Shown here: piece after piece, positions 50,680-59,407 of the stretch | Layout: every line of letters starts with the position of its first letter | Position numbering within the stretch: position 1 is the first letter of the stretch | Assembly (NCBI GenBank): GCA_017429285.1 | Contig: JAFRPF010000001.1 | Location: forward strand, 40,299 to 104,298 | DNA from: Bacilli bacterium | GTDB lineage: Bacteria; Bacillota_I; Bacilli_A; RFN20; CAG-826 | DNA length: 64,000 nt | Direction: 5' to 3' | Notes under the pieces: model-generated | The model's database searches: none | What the model saw: the letters and a program-made list of their open reading frames with translations, nothing else | Told to the model about the DNA's origin: nothing | Position numbers and translations under genes: made by a program

Positions 50680-51990
50680 TTATAAAGTAATCACGAATAA
50701 ACCTAATAACGCCATCGAAGCGGTTGGAATAGCGATAATTAATCCATATTTCACAAAATCAATAAATGAATATTTCACATCAAATTTATTTAGTAATGAT
50801 GAAAACATAATTCCTGCTAACGCACCAATCGGAGTTAAAAAGGCACCGATATTACTTCCGATCACGCTACCAAAGATAGCTTTATTATAAGCCAAACCTT
50901 CTAAACCATTTGGTAAATTAGAAAACAAAATACTCATCGGAATATTGTTAATTAAGTTTGAGGCTAATAAAGAAGAATAACCATAAACCCATATTGGGCT
51001 ACCTTGATTTAAAAACTTCGATATTTGTAAAGATATGCCTTGATAATTAAGTGCGACAACAATCACAAACATCGATAAGAAAAATGGAATAAGTGGATAA
51101 GGTAATCTTTTAAATGAACATGATAAATATTCCCAGTGTTTATGAGTGATTAATCTTATGATTAACGCTACTAATAATAGAATAGTCGCTGAGCTTAAAG
51201 ATATAAGCCACATCTCGATATTGATATAACTAGATATCACTAGAAAAACCAGACAAATAAATAAGATAGATATACCAATAATTAAGTCTAATTTGGATTC
51301 AATTTTATAATCTTCATCTGTTACTTCTATTGGGGTTTTTAGTTGTTTTCTAAATAACAAAAAGACAATAAATAATTCTGTCAAACCCGCAAATATTGTT
51401 GGTAACCACATCACTTTAAAATAGTCGATAAAACCTATACCAGCACTAGTGGCTAAATATATATTTGTGGGATTACCAATAATAAACATCATCGACCAGG
51501 TATTGGCCGCGGCAAATTCAGCGATTAAATATGGTAATGGATTAATTTTTGTGTTCTTTGCAAAGAAACAAATAAATGGGGTTAATGTCAATATGACTAT
51601 GTCATTAGATGTGAAAATAGTAAGGATAGAAGTTAGCAAATAAAAGATAAAAAATAAAACTAACTGATTGTTTTTAGCAATCTTTGTGGCTTTCACCGCT
51701 AGGAAGTGGAATAGGCCAATTTCATCTAAATAGATGGATAGGATTGTCATTGAGAAAAATAACACTAATATCTTTAAAGGATTAATCGCACTATTTGACG
51801 TTAGTTGTTTAAATACTTCTTGAATTGGTGATAAAGAAAAAGAAATAAGGATAATTGCACTTAATAAAGTGATCATCCAATATGTATCTAATTTAATCTT
51901 CCCTATTCTTATTTTCGGAAAGAAGATGATTGATATAGTCACTAATATAAAGGTAATAATGGAAATAATTAATGTTGCAACCATAAACAA
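50680..51990 (-). CDS. ArsB/NhaD-family anion permease
   Basis: FTSNDIVILTLTP, ANTWSM...GNPTNI, NNIP and GAFLTPIGALA. Confidence 0.85.
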   Translation of the reverse strand: MFMVATLIISIITFILVTISIIFFPKIRIGKIKLDTYWMITLLSAIILISFSLSPIQEVFKQLTSNSAINPLKILVLFFSMTILSIYLDEIGLFHFLAVKATKIAKNNQLVLFFIFYLLTSILTIFTSNDIVILTLTPFICFFAKNTKINPLPYLIAEFAAANTWSMMFIIGNPTNIYLATSAGIGFIDYFKVMWLPTIFAGLTELFIVFLLFRKQLKTPIEVTDEDYKIESKLDLIIGISILFICLVFLVISSYINIEMWLISLSSATILLLVALIIRLITHKHWEYLSCSFKRLPYPLIPFFLSMFVIVVALNYQGISLQISKFLNQGSPIWVYGYSSLLASNLINNIPMSILFSNLPNGLEGLAYNKAIFGSVIGSNIGAFLTPIGALAGIMFSSLLNKFDVKYSFIDFVKYGLIIAIPTASMALLGLFVITL

Positions 51991-52063
51991 ATAGAAATTA
52001 TGGACTTTTATTTTGAAAAATCAATAATTCTTTTATATAAATAAAAATCACCCTGAAGGATGA

Positions 52064-53734
52064 TTATAAAATATCGTCAGAAATTATCTTTTTGTTATGA
52101 GCGATATCATCACCAGTTGGTGAGATAATCGAATAACCAATATTTGTTAAGTGGTCCGCTACTCTTTCTAACTCACTTAATAGATTTGAGTGAAAAGGAG
52201 AAAGAACCATCTTGCACTCTTTCTTCTTAATTCTTTCAAAATGAGCGTCTGCTAATTTATCTTTTAAAATATCGGTTTCTTCTTCTAGAGATTTTAGTGT
52301 ATCTAAATCTGATATATCACCATCATTGAATGCTTTGTTAGCGACATCAAACATCTTTTTTAAGATATCGATAAACGATTCAAACTCTTTTTTAGCGACA
52401 TCGGAAAAAGCCAATTCTTCATTTTGAAGTTTTCTGTCCATCTCTAAAAAGTTATAAGCGTGATCACCAATTCTTTCGATATCGTTGATGACATGATAAT
52501 AAGATCCAATTCTTTGGTTATCATCAATATTCGCTTTGGAAGATAGAAGAATTAGATATTTACTAATCTCATTATTAATAAAGTCGATTGTTTCTTCTCG
52601 ATCTTCAATTTCTTTGGCTTTCGATAAGTCTTTATTAAAAATACAATCTAGGCCTAAAAATGTATTAGACTTCGCCATTTGAAACATCGATTCAATTTCT
52701 TTTTTCACCTGAATCATGGCAATAGAAGGAGTGTTTAATAAATTGTTATTGATGAAATGTAGTGACTGCATTTTCTTTTCTTGTTCACGGTCTTTAAATA
52801 ACTTATTTGCTAACTTCTCCACTGGTGTAACTAATGGAAGCATGATGGCAATATAAATCAAATTATAGATAACTGTAAAGAGAGCTAAAACAAGTCCAAC
52901 GCTCATGTTCAAACTATAGATGAAATTGAACAAAGGTTTAGATACCGCCCAGATGATTAAAGTACCAATTAAAGCCCCAAAAACACGGCAAATCACGGTT
53001 GAATAGGTCACTCTTTTCGCTAAAATATCGCTTTTAACCGCTGCTAAAATAGTCGGCATCAAAGCACCAATTGTGGCACCTAACACTAAATAAAAACCAG
53101 AAGGTAATAAGGATGAATTAGCGCCCACCATCACGATTACAATACCATTAGTCGCGCTACTAGATTGAGTAATCGCGGTTAATAAAGCGCCAATAACCAT
53201 CAGCAGTAATGGGAAGTTAATTGAAGAGATAAAACTCACTAAAGCGTTTTGAATAGTTTCATTATTAAAAGCGCCTTTCATAGCTTCTAAACCAAAGAAG
53301 AGAATACCAAAACCGACAAATATCTCACCTACACTTTTAATCGTGGTTGATTTAAAGAAACCAAGGATGAAACCAACAAAGGCCATCGCCATTAAAAATA
53401 TCGAAAATGAGAAAGAGGATAATGAAACTAATAAACCAGTAACAGTAGTTCCTAAGAATGCTCCAAGCATCACGGAGAAACCTTGAACGAATGTTAAAGC
53501 TCCAGCGCTTAAAAAGCCAACTACCATCACAGTAGTAGCACCACTTGATTGGATAATAGCGGTTGTTCCAGCTCCTATACCTGCGGCAACTAAACGTTTA
53601 TTTTTAATCTTCTTAAATAATTTTCTAATCGATTTGCCCGCGCTATCCTTTAAGCCATGGGACATCATGTTCATGCCGGTGACAAAGACCACTAAGCCAA
53701 CTAATAGTTCAATGATTACTTTAGTAATTTCCAT
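52064..53734 (-). CDS. Na+/phosphate cotransporter with PhoU domains
   Basis: Duplicated QSS motifs, GAFLGTT and DIERIGDH/ELERVADH. Confidence 0.92.
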   Translation of the reverse strand: MEITKVIIELLVGLVVFVTGMNMMSHGLKDSAGKSIRKLFKKIKNKRLVAAGIGAGTTAIIQSSGATTVMVVGFLSAGALTFVQGFSVMLGAFLGTTVTGLLVSLSSFSFSIFLMAMAFVGFILGFFKSTTIKSVGEIFVGFGILFFGLEAMKGAFNNETIQNALVSFISSINFPLLLMVIGALLTAITQSSSATNGIVIVMVGANSSLLPSGFYLVLGATIGALMPTILAAVKSDILAKRVTYSTVICRVFGALIGTLIIWAVSKPLFNFIYSLNMSVGLVLALFTVIYNLIYIAIMLPLVTPVEKLANKLFKDREQEKKMQSLHFINNNLLNTPSIAMIQVKKEIESMFQMAKSNTFLGLDCIFNKDLSKAKEIEDREETIDFINNEISKYLILLSSKANIDDNQRIGSYYHVINDIERIGDHAYNFLEMDRKLQNEELAFSDVAKKEFESFIDILKKMFDVANKAFNDGDISDLDTLKSLEEETDILKDKLADAHFERIKKKECKMVLSPFHSNLLSELERVADHLTNIGYSIISPTGDDIAHNKKIISDDIL

Positions 53735-53754
53735 ATGATTATTATTTCACAATT

Positions 53755-54489
53755 TTATAATATTTTCTCTAAAAATATCGGCAGTTGATATTTCCAACTT
53801 GGCCAATCGTGGATACTATTATGATCCCAGAAATGAAATTCAATATTAATTCCTTTTTCGTCAGCGATATTTCTTAATTCATAATTTGATTCGATAACCA
53901 AATATTCATACGCTCCTTCACCCACTACTGAAATCATCTTTCTTTGATTATATAAATCTATATAGTAATGATCCTTAGGCATATTAGCTAAATAATGAGT
54001 GGGTGAATTGTTATAAATGTTTTCATCCATATAATGGAAATAATTGCCGATACTATATTCCGCACTTAAAGCGATAAAACCAGCGAATAAATCAGGTCTT
54101 CTAAAGAAGTTATTGGAAGCATGTGTCCCACCCATCGACATACCGATAAGATAAGGCATACAAAATCCACCTTGTTTATCATAGATAAGTGGCATCGCTT
54201 CATTAACTAGATATTGGTGATACATCTCAAATTTATAACCGCACTGGGCTTTATCCCAACTTGATGAATTAATTGTCTCATCATCATTAGAATCTAAACA
54301 GAATAGTTTCATTCTTCCACCTTCGATAAAAGGAGATAAAACATCAATCATCCCGTTATTATAAAAATCATCGCTTTGTTTTCCTAAGCACGGAAAAGCA
54401 ATCACGGGAACCCCATAATGCCCATATATCTTGATATTCATATGACGATTTAATCTTTCACTAAACCAGGAAACTTCTTCATATTTCAT
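53755..54489 (-). CDS. Putative esterase (alpha/beta hydrolase)
   Basis: YGHYG.P, GMSMGG and HDWPSW. Confidence 0.85.
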   Translation of the reverse strand: MKYEEVSWFSERLNRHMNIKIYGHYGVPVIAFPCLGKQSDDFYNNGMIDVLSPFIEGGRMKLFCLDSNDDETINSSSWDKAQCGYKFEMYHQYLVNEAMPLIYDKQGGFCMPYLIGMSMGGTHASNNFFRRPDLFAGFIALSAEYSIGNYFHYMDENIYNNSPTHYLANMPKDHYYIDLYNQRKMISVVGEGAYEYLVIESNYELRNIADEKGINIEFHFWDHNSIHDWPSWKYQLPIFLEKIL

Positions 54490-54600
54490 ATAAAAAATAT
54501 TATCAAATTATTTATTAAATGATTAAGAAAACCTCTTAACGTGTCATTTACGAAAGAGGTTCTTTGGTTATTATAATTATAATTTAATCTTAAATTAGTT

Positions 54601-55449
54601 CTATTCTCCGATATAAATAAGTTCCATACCTTCATTACCGAATACGGTATTAACGTATGCCTGAGTATCGCAGAAAGATAAGCAACATTGTTTATTAAGT
54701 TCGCCTGTCGCCACTGTCTTTTGTTCTAACTCTGCATCAAAAGCACTCTTGCGAGCGTTGTATTCACTTCTGAGTCTATTACCATCGTCAGAGGTATCAT
54801 CTTCAAAGACGTAATAATATCTTCCTTCATCGCTTGCTTTGTCATATTCAAAATAAATGATGGTCTCAGAATCGGATTTCTGATAATATTTGAAATCTTT
54901 TACTTCTTCATTAGCAAAATCGTAACCGATTTCATAGAATAAAGGACTATAGTGTTCTGTGGTTTCTTCTTTGCTTTGGCCTTGTTTACTCTTTTGATAT
55001 CCAGAGAAGAACATTTTACCATTTACTTTGTCTAAAGAAGATTTCATGTCAACTTCTAATGCCATATATGAAGTTTGCGAACCCATCTTCACATTAAATT
55101 CACCATTAAAGTAAATAGGTTTAGCGGTCATATCGTAATTAGCCCTATCCATAACAGTACCTGTTAGATAGAAATAGATACCTGGTTGTCGAAGTTCAAA
55201 AGCCAAACTATCCGCAGACGCAGGCTGCCATCCTTTATGAACTGGGGAAGGATTTTGCGGCATTTTTGCTTTAGCAAGTTGAAGCATTTGATCGCCAGCT
55301 TTTTTAAATAATCTCGCATCATCATTCTCCGCTTGACTAGTTTCGGGCGTGCTTTCTTCCTGTTTAGAGCTACTACCTTTTTTCGGAGTACAACCCACTA
55401 ATAAAAATAGGGAAAGAATCGATACTCCAATCGTTAATTTGTTTTTCAT
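54601..55449 (-). CDS. Hypothetical lipoprotein
   Basis: Lipobox LVGC and a Ser/Glu-rich linker. Confidence 0.8.
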   Translation of the reverse strand: MKNKLTIGVSILSLFLLVGCTPKKGSSSKQEESTPETSQAENDDARLFKKAGDQMLQLAKAKMPQNPSPVHKGWQPASADSLAFELRQPGIYFYLTGTVMDRANYDMTAKPIYFNGEFNVKMGSQTSYMALEVDMKSSLDKVNGKMFFSGYQKSKQGQSKEETTEHYSPLFYEIGYDFANEEVKDFKYYQKSDSETIIYFEYDKASDEGRYYYVFEDDTSDDGNRLRSEYNARKSAFDAELEQKTVATGELNKQCCLSFCDTQAYVNTVFGNEGMELIYIGE

Positions 55450-55533
55450 AATAAAATCTCCTACTTGTAATATAGCAAGTAGTTTTTATCTAATCAACAT
55501 TTTTACTAATACGTTTTAACTTTTATAATTGTT

Positions 55534-56946
55534 TTATTTAAACATATGTGGATATTTTTTAAGCATAAAGTCTATGTCTTTATCACCACGTCCACTTAGA
55601 TTAACTAAAATTGATCCGCTTTTCATATTTCTAGCACATTTAATGGCATAAGCTAAAGCATGGGATGATTCGATCGCCGGAATAATACCTTCTAATCTAG
55701 ATAAAAGGAAGAAAGCTTCAGCGGCTTCATCGTCTGTCACATATTCATATTTCACTCTACCAACTTCTTTTAAGAAAGCATGTTCTGGACCGACCCCTGG
55801 ATAATCAAGTCCACTTGCAATGCTATAAGCATCACCAGGAGTACCGTCTTTATTTTGTAACACTAAAGAATTAAATCCATGTAATACCATTTCTTTTCCT
55901 AAAGTCATAGTGGCGCTATTTTTTCCAGGTTCTTCACCTTTTCCCATCGCTTCTACACCCACGATATTAACTGGTTCATTTAAAAATGCTTCAAACATTC
56001 CAATAGCGTTAGAACCACCACCGACACAAGCGGTAACAATATCTGGTAATTCACCAGTCATTTCTAAGAATTGTTCTTTCGCTTCTCTTCCGATAACTTC
56101 TTGGAAATCTCTCACCATTAATGGATATGGATGAGGTCCAACCGCACTTCCAATAACATAAAAAGCTGTTTTATATTCTTTAGCATAAGCTTCAAAAGCA
56201 GCATCTACTGCTTCTTTTAACGTCTTAGTGCCATGTTTAACTGGAATTACTTTCGCGCCAAGCATCTTTATTCTAGAAACATTCGGTGCTTGTTTTTCCA
56301 TATCTACTTCGCCCATGTATATTTCACACTCTAAACCGAAATAGGCTGCCGCCATAGCCACGGCGGTACCATGAGATCCAGCACCTGTTTCCGCAATCAA
56401 TTTCTTTTTACCTAAATACTTTGCTAATAGTGCTTGTCCCATCGCATTATTTAATTTATGAGCCCCACCATGATTAAGATCTTCTCTTTTTAAATATATT
56501 TGGACGCGACCTAAATAATTAGAAAGGTTTTGGCAGTGATATATAGGTGTGGGTCTGCCTTGATAATTCTTTCTAATTTCTCTTAATTCAGAAATAAATT
56601 TTGAAGATTTAGCAATTGTTTGATAACCATAATAAATTTCATCCATTGCCTTCTTTAAATTACTAGGCAAATAAGCACCACCATAACGACCAAAATATCC
56701 ATCATCACTCGGATATTGTTTACGATAATTTGTAAAATCGATGTTTATTCCCTTTAATGGTGAATCTTCAAATAATCTTTGTCCTTTAATACGACGGTCT
56801 AAAGGTTTAACGGCATTTTCTGGAATTAAATATTTATGTCCTTGTAATATCGCACCTTCAATGCGTTTCTCTTTTAAAAGAGATCTCACTCTTCTTTCGT
56901 TAATTCCAAACTTTTTAGAGGCTTCTGATACGGTAATATATTTCAT
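55534..56946 (-). CDS. trpB: Tryptophan synthase beta chain with an N-terminal HTH domain
   Basis: [12 protein letters not shown] (PLP Lys), [25 protein letters not shown] and LSGRGDKD. The N-terminal ~55 aa [21 protein letters not shown] is HTH-like. Confidence 0.92.
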   Translation of the reverse strand: MKYITVSEASKKFGINERRVRSLLKEKRIEGAILQGHKYLIPENAVKPLDRRIKGQRLFEDSPLKGINIDFTNYRKQYPSDDGYFGRYGGAYLPSNLKKAMDEIYYGYQTIAKSSKFISELREIRKNYQGRPTPIYHCQNLSNYLGRVQIYLKREDLNHGGAHKLNNAMGQALLAKYLGKKKLIAETGAGSHGTAVAMAAAYFGLECEIYMGEVDMEKQAPNVSRIKMLGAKVIPVKHGTKTLKEAVDAAFEAYAKEYKTAFYVIGSAVGPHPYPLMVRDFQEVIGREAKEQFLEMTGELPDIVTACVGGGSNAIGMFEAFLNEPVNIVGVEAMGKGEEPGKNSATMTLGKEMVLHGFNSLVLQNKDGTPGDAYSIASGLDYPGVGPEHAFLKEVGRVKYEYVTDDEAAEAFFLLSRLEGIIPAIESSHALAYAIKCARNMKSGSILVNLSGRGDKDIDFMLKKYPHMFK

Positions 56947-57020
56947 ACCTTTAAATTCCTTTCGGTATATTCTTTATGCCTATTATAACCATTTATTTAT
57001 AAATATAAAATACAAATAAC

Positions 57021-57044
57021 AAAAAATGACTCATTTCGAGTCAC
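57021..57044 (-). terminator. Terminator after the putative 6S RNA
   Basis: TGACTC-GAAAT-GAGTCA-TTTTTT on the minus strand. Confidence 0.8.
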
Positions 57045-57049
57045 TAATT

Positions 57050-57175
57050 GTTTGTCAACCAGGTCAGCGCGCTCCTGGATCGCTGTGTACCACCTATTAA
57101 GGTGCGCCGTGGTCGTACGCTGACGTTTGCTCTCCAATATTTCTATCGCAGAGGACGTACATCTCCACCTTTGAC
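57050..57175 (-). ncRNA. ssrS: Probable 6S RNA (compact)
   Basis: GC-rich intergenic island. Closing stem GTCAA..AGGT/ACCT..TTGAC, inner TGTAC/GTACA, central bubble with a 3' hairpin CACCT-TAAT-AGGTG. TATAAT at 57187-82 predicts +1 at 57175; own terminator. Confidence 0.55.
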
Positions 57176-57215
57176 AAACAAATTATAAATTAAATATAAA
57201 TATTGGGATACTTTT

Positions 57216-57893
57216 TTATTTTATTTTTAAACTTTTTAAATAAACCTTATGTTCTTCGCTTACACGATATGATTCAACGGCTTTTTGAATAGCCTTATTG
57301 TGAGTGATTTTATCAAATCTTTTTTCTTCTATAGCTTTAATGAACAAATCATAATTTTTCGCTAATCCAGTAGCGAGATACCACGCTACCACCATCATGA
57401 CATAGTAATCATCGGCTTTTATTTCTTGGACTTTTAATAAGTGTTCTTCTTTAAATTCATCACCTAAGTAATAATTCATTAAACATTTAACCGCGTATCT
57501 AACTCGATATATTTCTTTGCTTTTCAGCCAAACATAAATTTCTTTAATTAATTTATCTAAATGTTTATATAAGTGTTTATTACATATCGTATCGCATACC
57601 AACCAATTACTAACATAAGGAAGAAAAGAATCCACTCTTTTAATAAATTCATCATAATCTTTTATATTTGAAAGAATAAACGCATGTAAGACGTTTTCCT
57701 CATGATATTTATGAGGTAAACAATCTAAGAATTCTTCTTTATCTTTTATATCTAATTCTTTCGCGTATTTCTTAAGAATTGGAAGACGAACCCCAATAAA
57801 TGTCTTCTCATCAACATTAGGAATTAAAGGCAAAGTAAAGTCACGATATTTTTGATCAGCTTGTGATAATAAATACTCTTGAATATTATTCAT
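57216..57893 (-). CDS. AlkD-family DNA alkylation repair protein
   Basis: FIGVRLP.L, YVSNWLVCD, YYV.M.VAWYLA and NKAIQKA.ES.R. Confidence 0.85.
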   Translation of the reverse strand: MNNIQEYLLSQADQKYRDFTLPLIPNVDEKTFIGVRLPILKKYAKELDIKDKEEFLDCLPHKYHEENVLHAFILSNIKDYDEFIKRVDSFLPYVSNWLVCDTICNKHLYKHLDKLIKEIYVWLKSKEIYRVRYAVKCLMNYYLGDEFKEEHLLKVQEIKADDYYVMMVVAWYLATGLAKNYDLFIKAIEEKRFDKITHNKAIQKAVESYRVSEEHKVYLKSLKIK

Positions 57894-57908
57894 GTCGTTA
57901 TTGTATCA

Positions 57909-57935
57909 AAAAAGTCGCCACAAAGGACGACTTTA
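57909..57935 (-). terminator. Terminator after the lipoprotein gene
   Basis: AAAGTCG...CGACTTT inverted repeat with an A-run on the left. Confidence 0.6.
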
Positions 57936-57952
57936 TAGTGTTTGTAACTAAG

Positions 57953-59236
57953 TTATTCGATATCTGGAAGAGTAACACTTGTTGAGCCAATATTTTTGAC
58001 TTTCACTGAGACTGAATAGATATGATCTTCTTCGCCTACAAATCCTGCTTCATAAGAAACATATGAATATGACTGAAGTTCATTATATAAGAATGCGATT
58101 TGGTATTCTTTACAAACATAGTCTGTGGTGTTTTTTGTATAAGCTGTATCTTCTTTTAGATTATAAACTCCATTATCTTTATCGAAATTGAATTGATTAA
58201 AAGAGAAATCGAGAAGTTCCGCTCTAAATTTAACGACATTTAAATAGTCTCCACTGCTAGGTATCGTGTACCATTCTTGTGTACTTTCAGAGAAGTAATA
58301 AACATCAAAGTCAATTTCATGAGTGTCTTCTTTATAACTGTCTTTATCAAATTTGTAATAATTATGATCAATTTGTTCTCCGTCTTTATCACAAATTAAT
58401 TCGTCAATCTTATCATTATCAAATTTAACAACACGTTGAGTTACTTCCCCACCAATATTGGACTCTATTTCAAGAGTGACATTTGATTCAAATTGGAATT
58501 TTGTATATTTAGAGACCCAGTCATTAAATGTGCCTGAATTGACATGTTTAATAAGTGGGAAACTAGCTGTTGTTGTGCCACGATTAATAGCTTTTAATTC
58601 AGCATTCATACCCATCATAGGTTGATCCTTAGGACCGAATTTAGCTTTATATGAATCTAGTTTACCATTTATGAATTGATAAGAAAGTTCGTTAATTAAC
58701 ATTTCATCATGGCCAACGCCTACTGTAACTGGTTCGATAAGATTATACGTTTTTGTTGCTTCGTCATAGGAAATTTTGTCGAAACCTACGACAAGAATAT
58801 ATGATGATTCAGTGCTTATTTCACCAACATCAAACATGCCACATTTATAATCTCCTCCGTAAAAATCTCCACCTGGTTCCACAGTGTAAGCCTGAGTATA
58901 AACCTTTCCCTCTGATAAAGTAGAATAATCGAACTTGAAGGAGTTACTAGGTGTTTCGGTGTCGCCGAAAGATGATTCCACAACATTATCAGCAATTTTT
59001 GTAATTAATGGAGCTTCATACATTCCCATAGCGGCTGTACCAGAATAAGTAACATTCTGGTGAATAAAGAAACCGCGATCAGTCATTTCAGCTTTATAAG
59101 CCTCTGCACTTATGACATTAGAATCTACTACTTCAGGTTCTGAACTTTCGGAGGATGATGATTTTTTATTTTTACATCCCACTAAACCTAATGAAGCACT
59201 TAATGAAATCATTAATAGAAGTTTAATTTTTTGCAT
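57953..59236 (-). CDS. Lipoprotein with an internally duplicated ~190-aa domain
   Basis: Lipobox LVGC and Ser-rich linker; halves align (FDKISYDEATKTYNL/FNQFNFDKDNGVYNL; NRGTTTASFP/NIGSTSVTLP). Confidence 0.8.
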   Translation of the reverse strand: MQKIKLLLMISLSASLGLVGCKNKKSSSSESSEPEVVDSNVISAEAYKAEMTDRGFFIHQNVTYSGTAAMGMYEAPLITKIADNVVESSFGDTETPSNSFKFDYSTLSEGKVYTQAYTVEPGGDFYGGDYKCGMFDVGEISTESSYILVVGFDKISYDEATKTYNLIEPVTVGVGHDEMLINELSYQFINGKLDSYKAKFGPKDQPMMGMNAELKAINRGTTTASFPLIKHVNSGTFNDWVSKYTKFQFESNVTLEIESNIGGEVTQRVVKFDNDKIDELICDKDGEQIDHNYYKFDKDSYKEDTHEIDFDVYYFSESTQEWYTIPSSGDYLNVVKFRAELLDFSFNQFNFDKDNGVYNLKEDTAYTKNTTDYVCKEYQIAFLYNELQSYSYVSYEAGFVGEEDHIYSVSVKVKNIGSTSVTLPDIE

Positions 59237-59407
59237 TTTAAATACCTGCCTTTAATACTTTTATCATAGCCTTAGTTTAAATAGAAAAATATCTATTTTA
59301 AATTATTTAAAATAAAATCTTGATGCAATCGAATAAATTATTATTTGTTAAATATCGCCCATTATTAAGCTGAAAGCAATTTAGTTTATAGGAAAACATC
59401 TTGCTTA

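Noticed and set aside
50680-51990. Arsenic-resistance locus
   Set aside because: No arsR or arsC nearby; the ArsB/NhaD family includes many non-arsenic transporters.
57055-57066. ACCAGGTCAG on the plus strand resembling SRP RNA
   Set aside because: The conserved GGAA-loop/GGAAGCAG helix 8 does not follow, and the promoter and terminator point to the minus strand.
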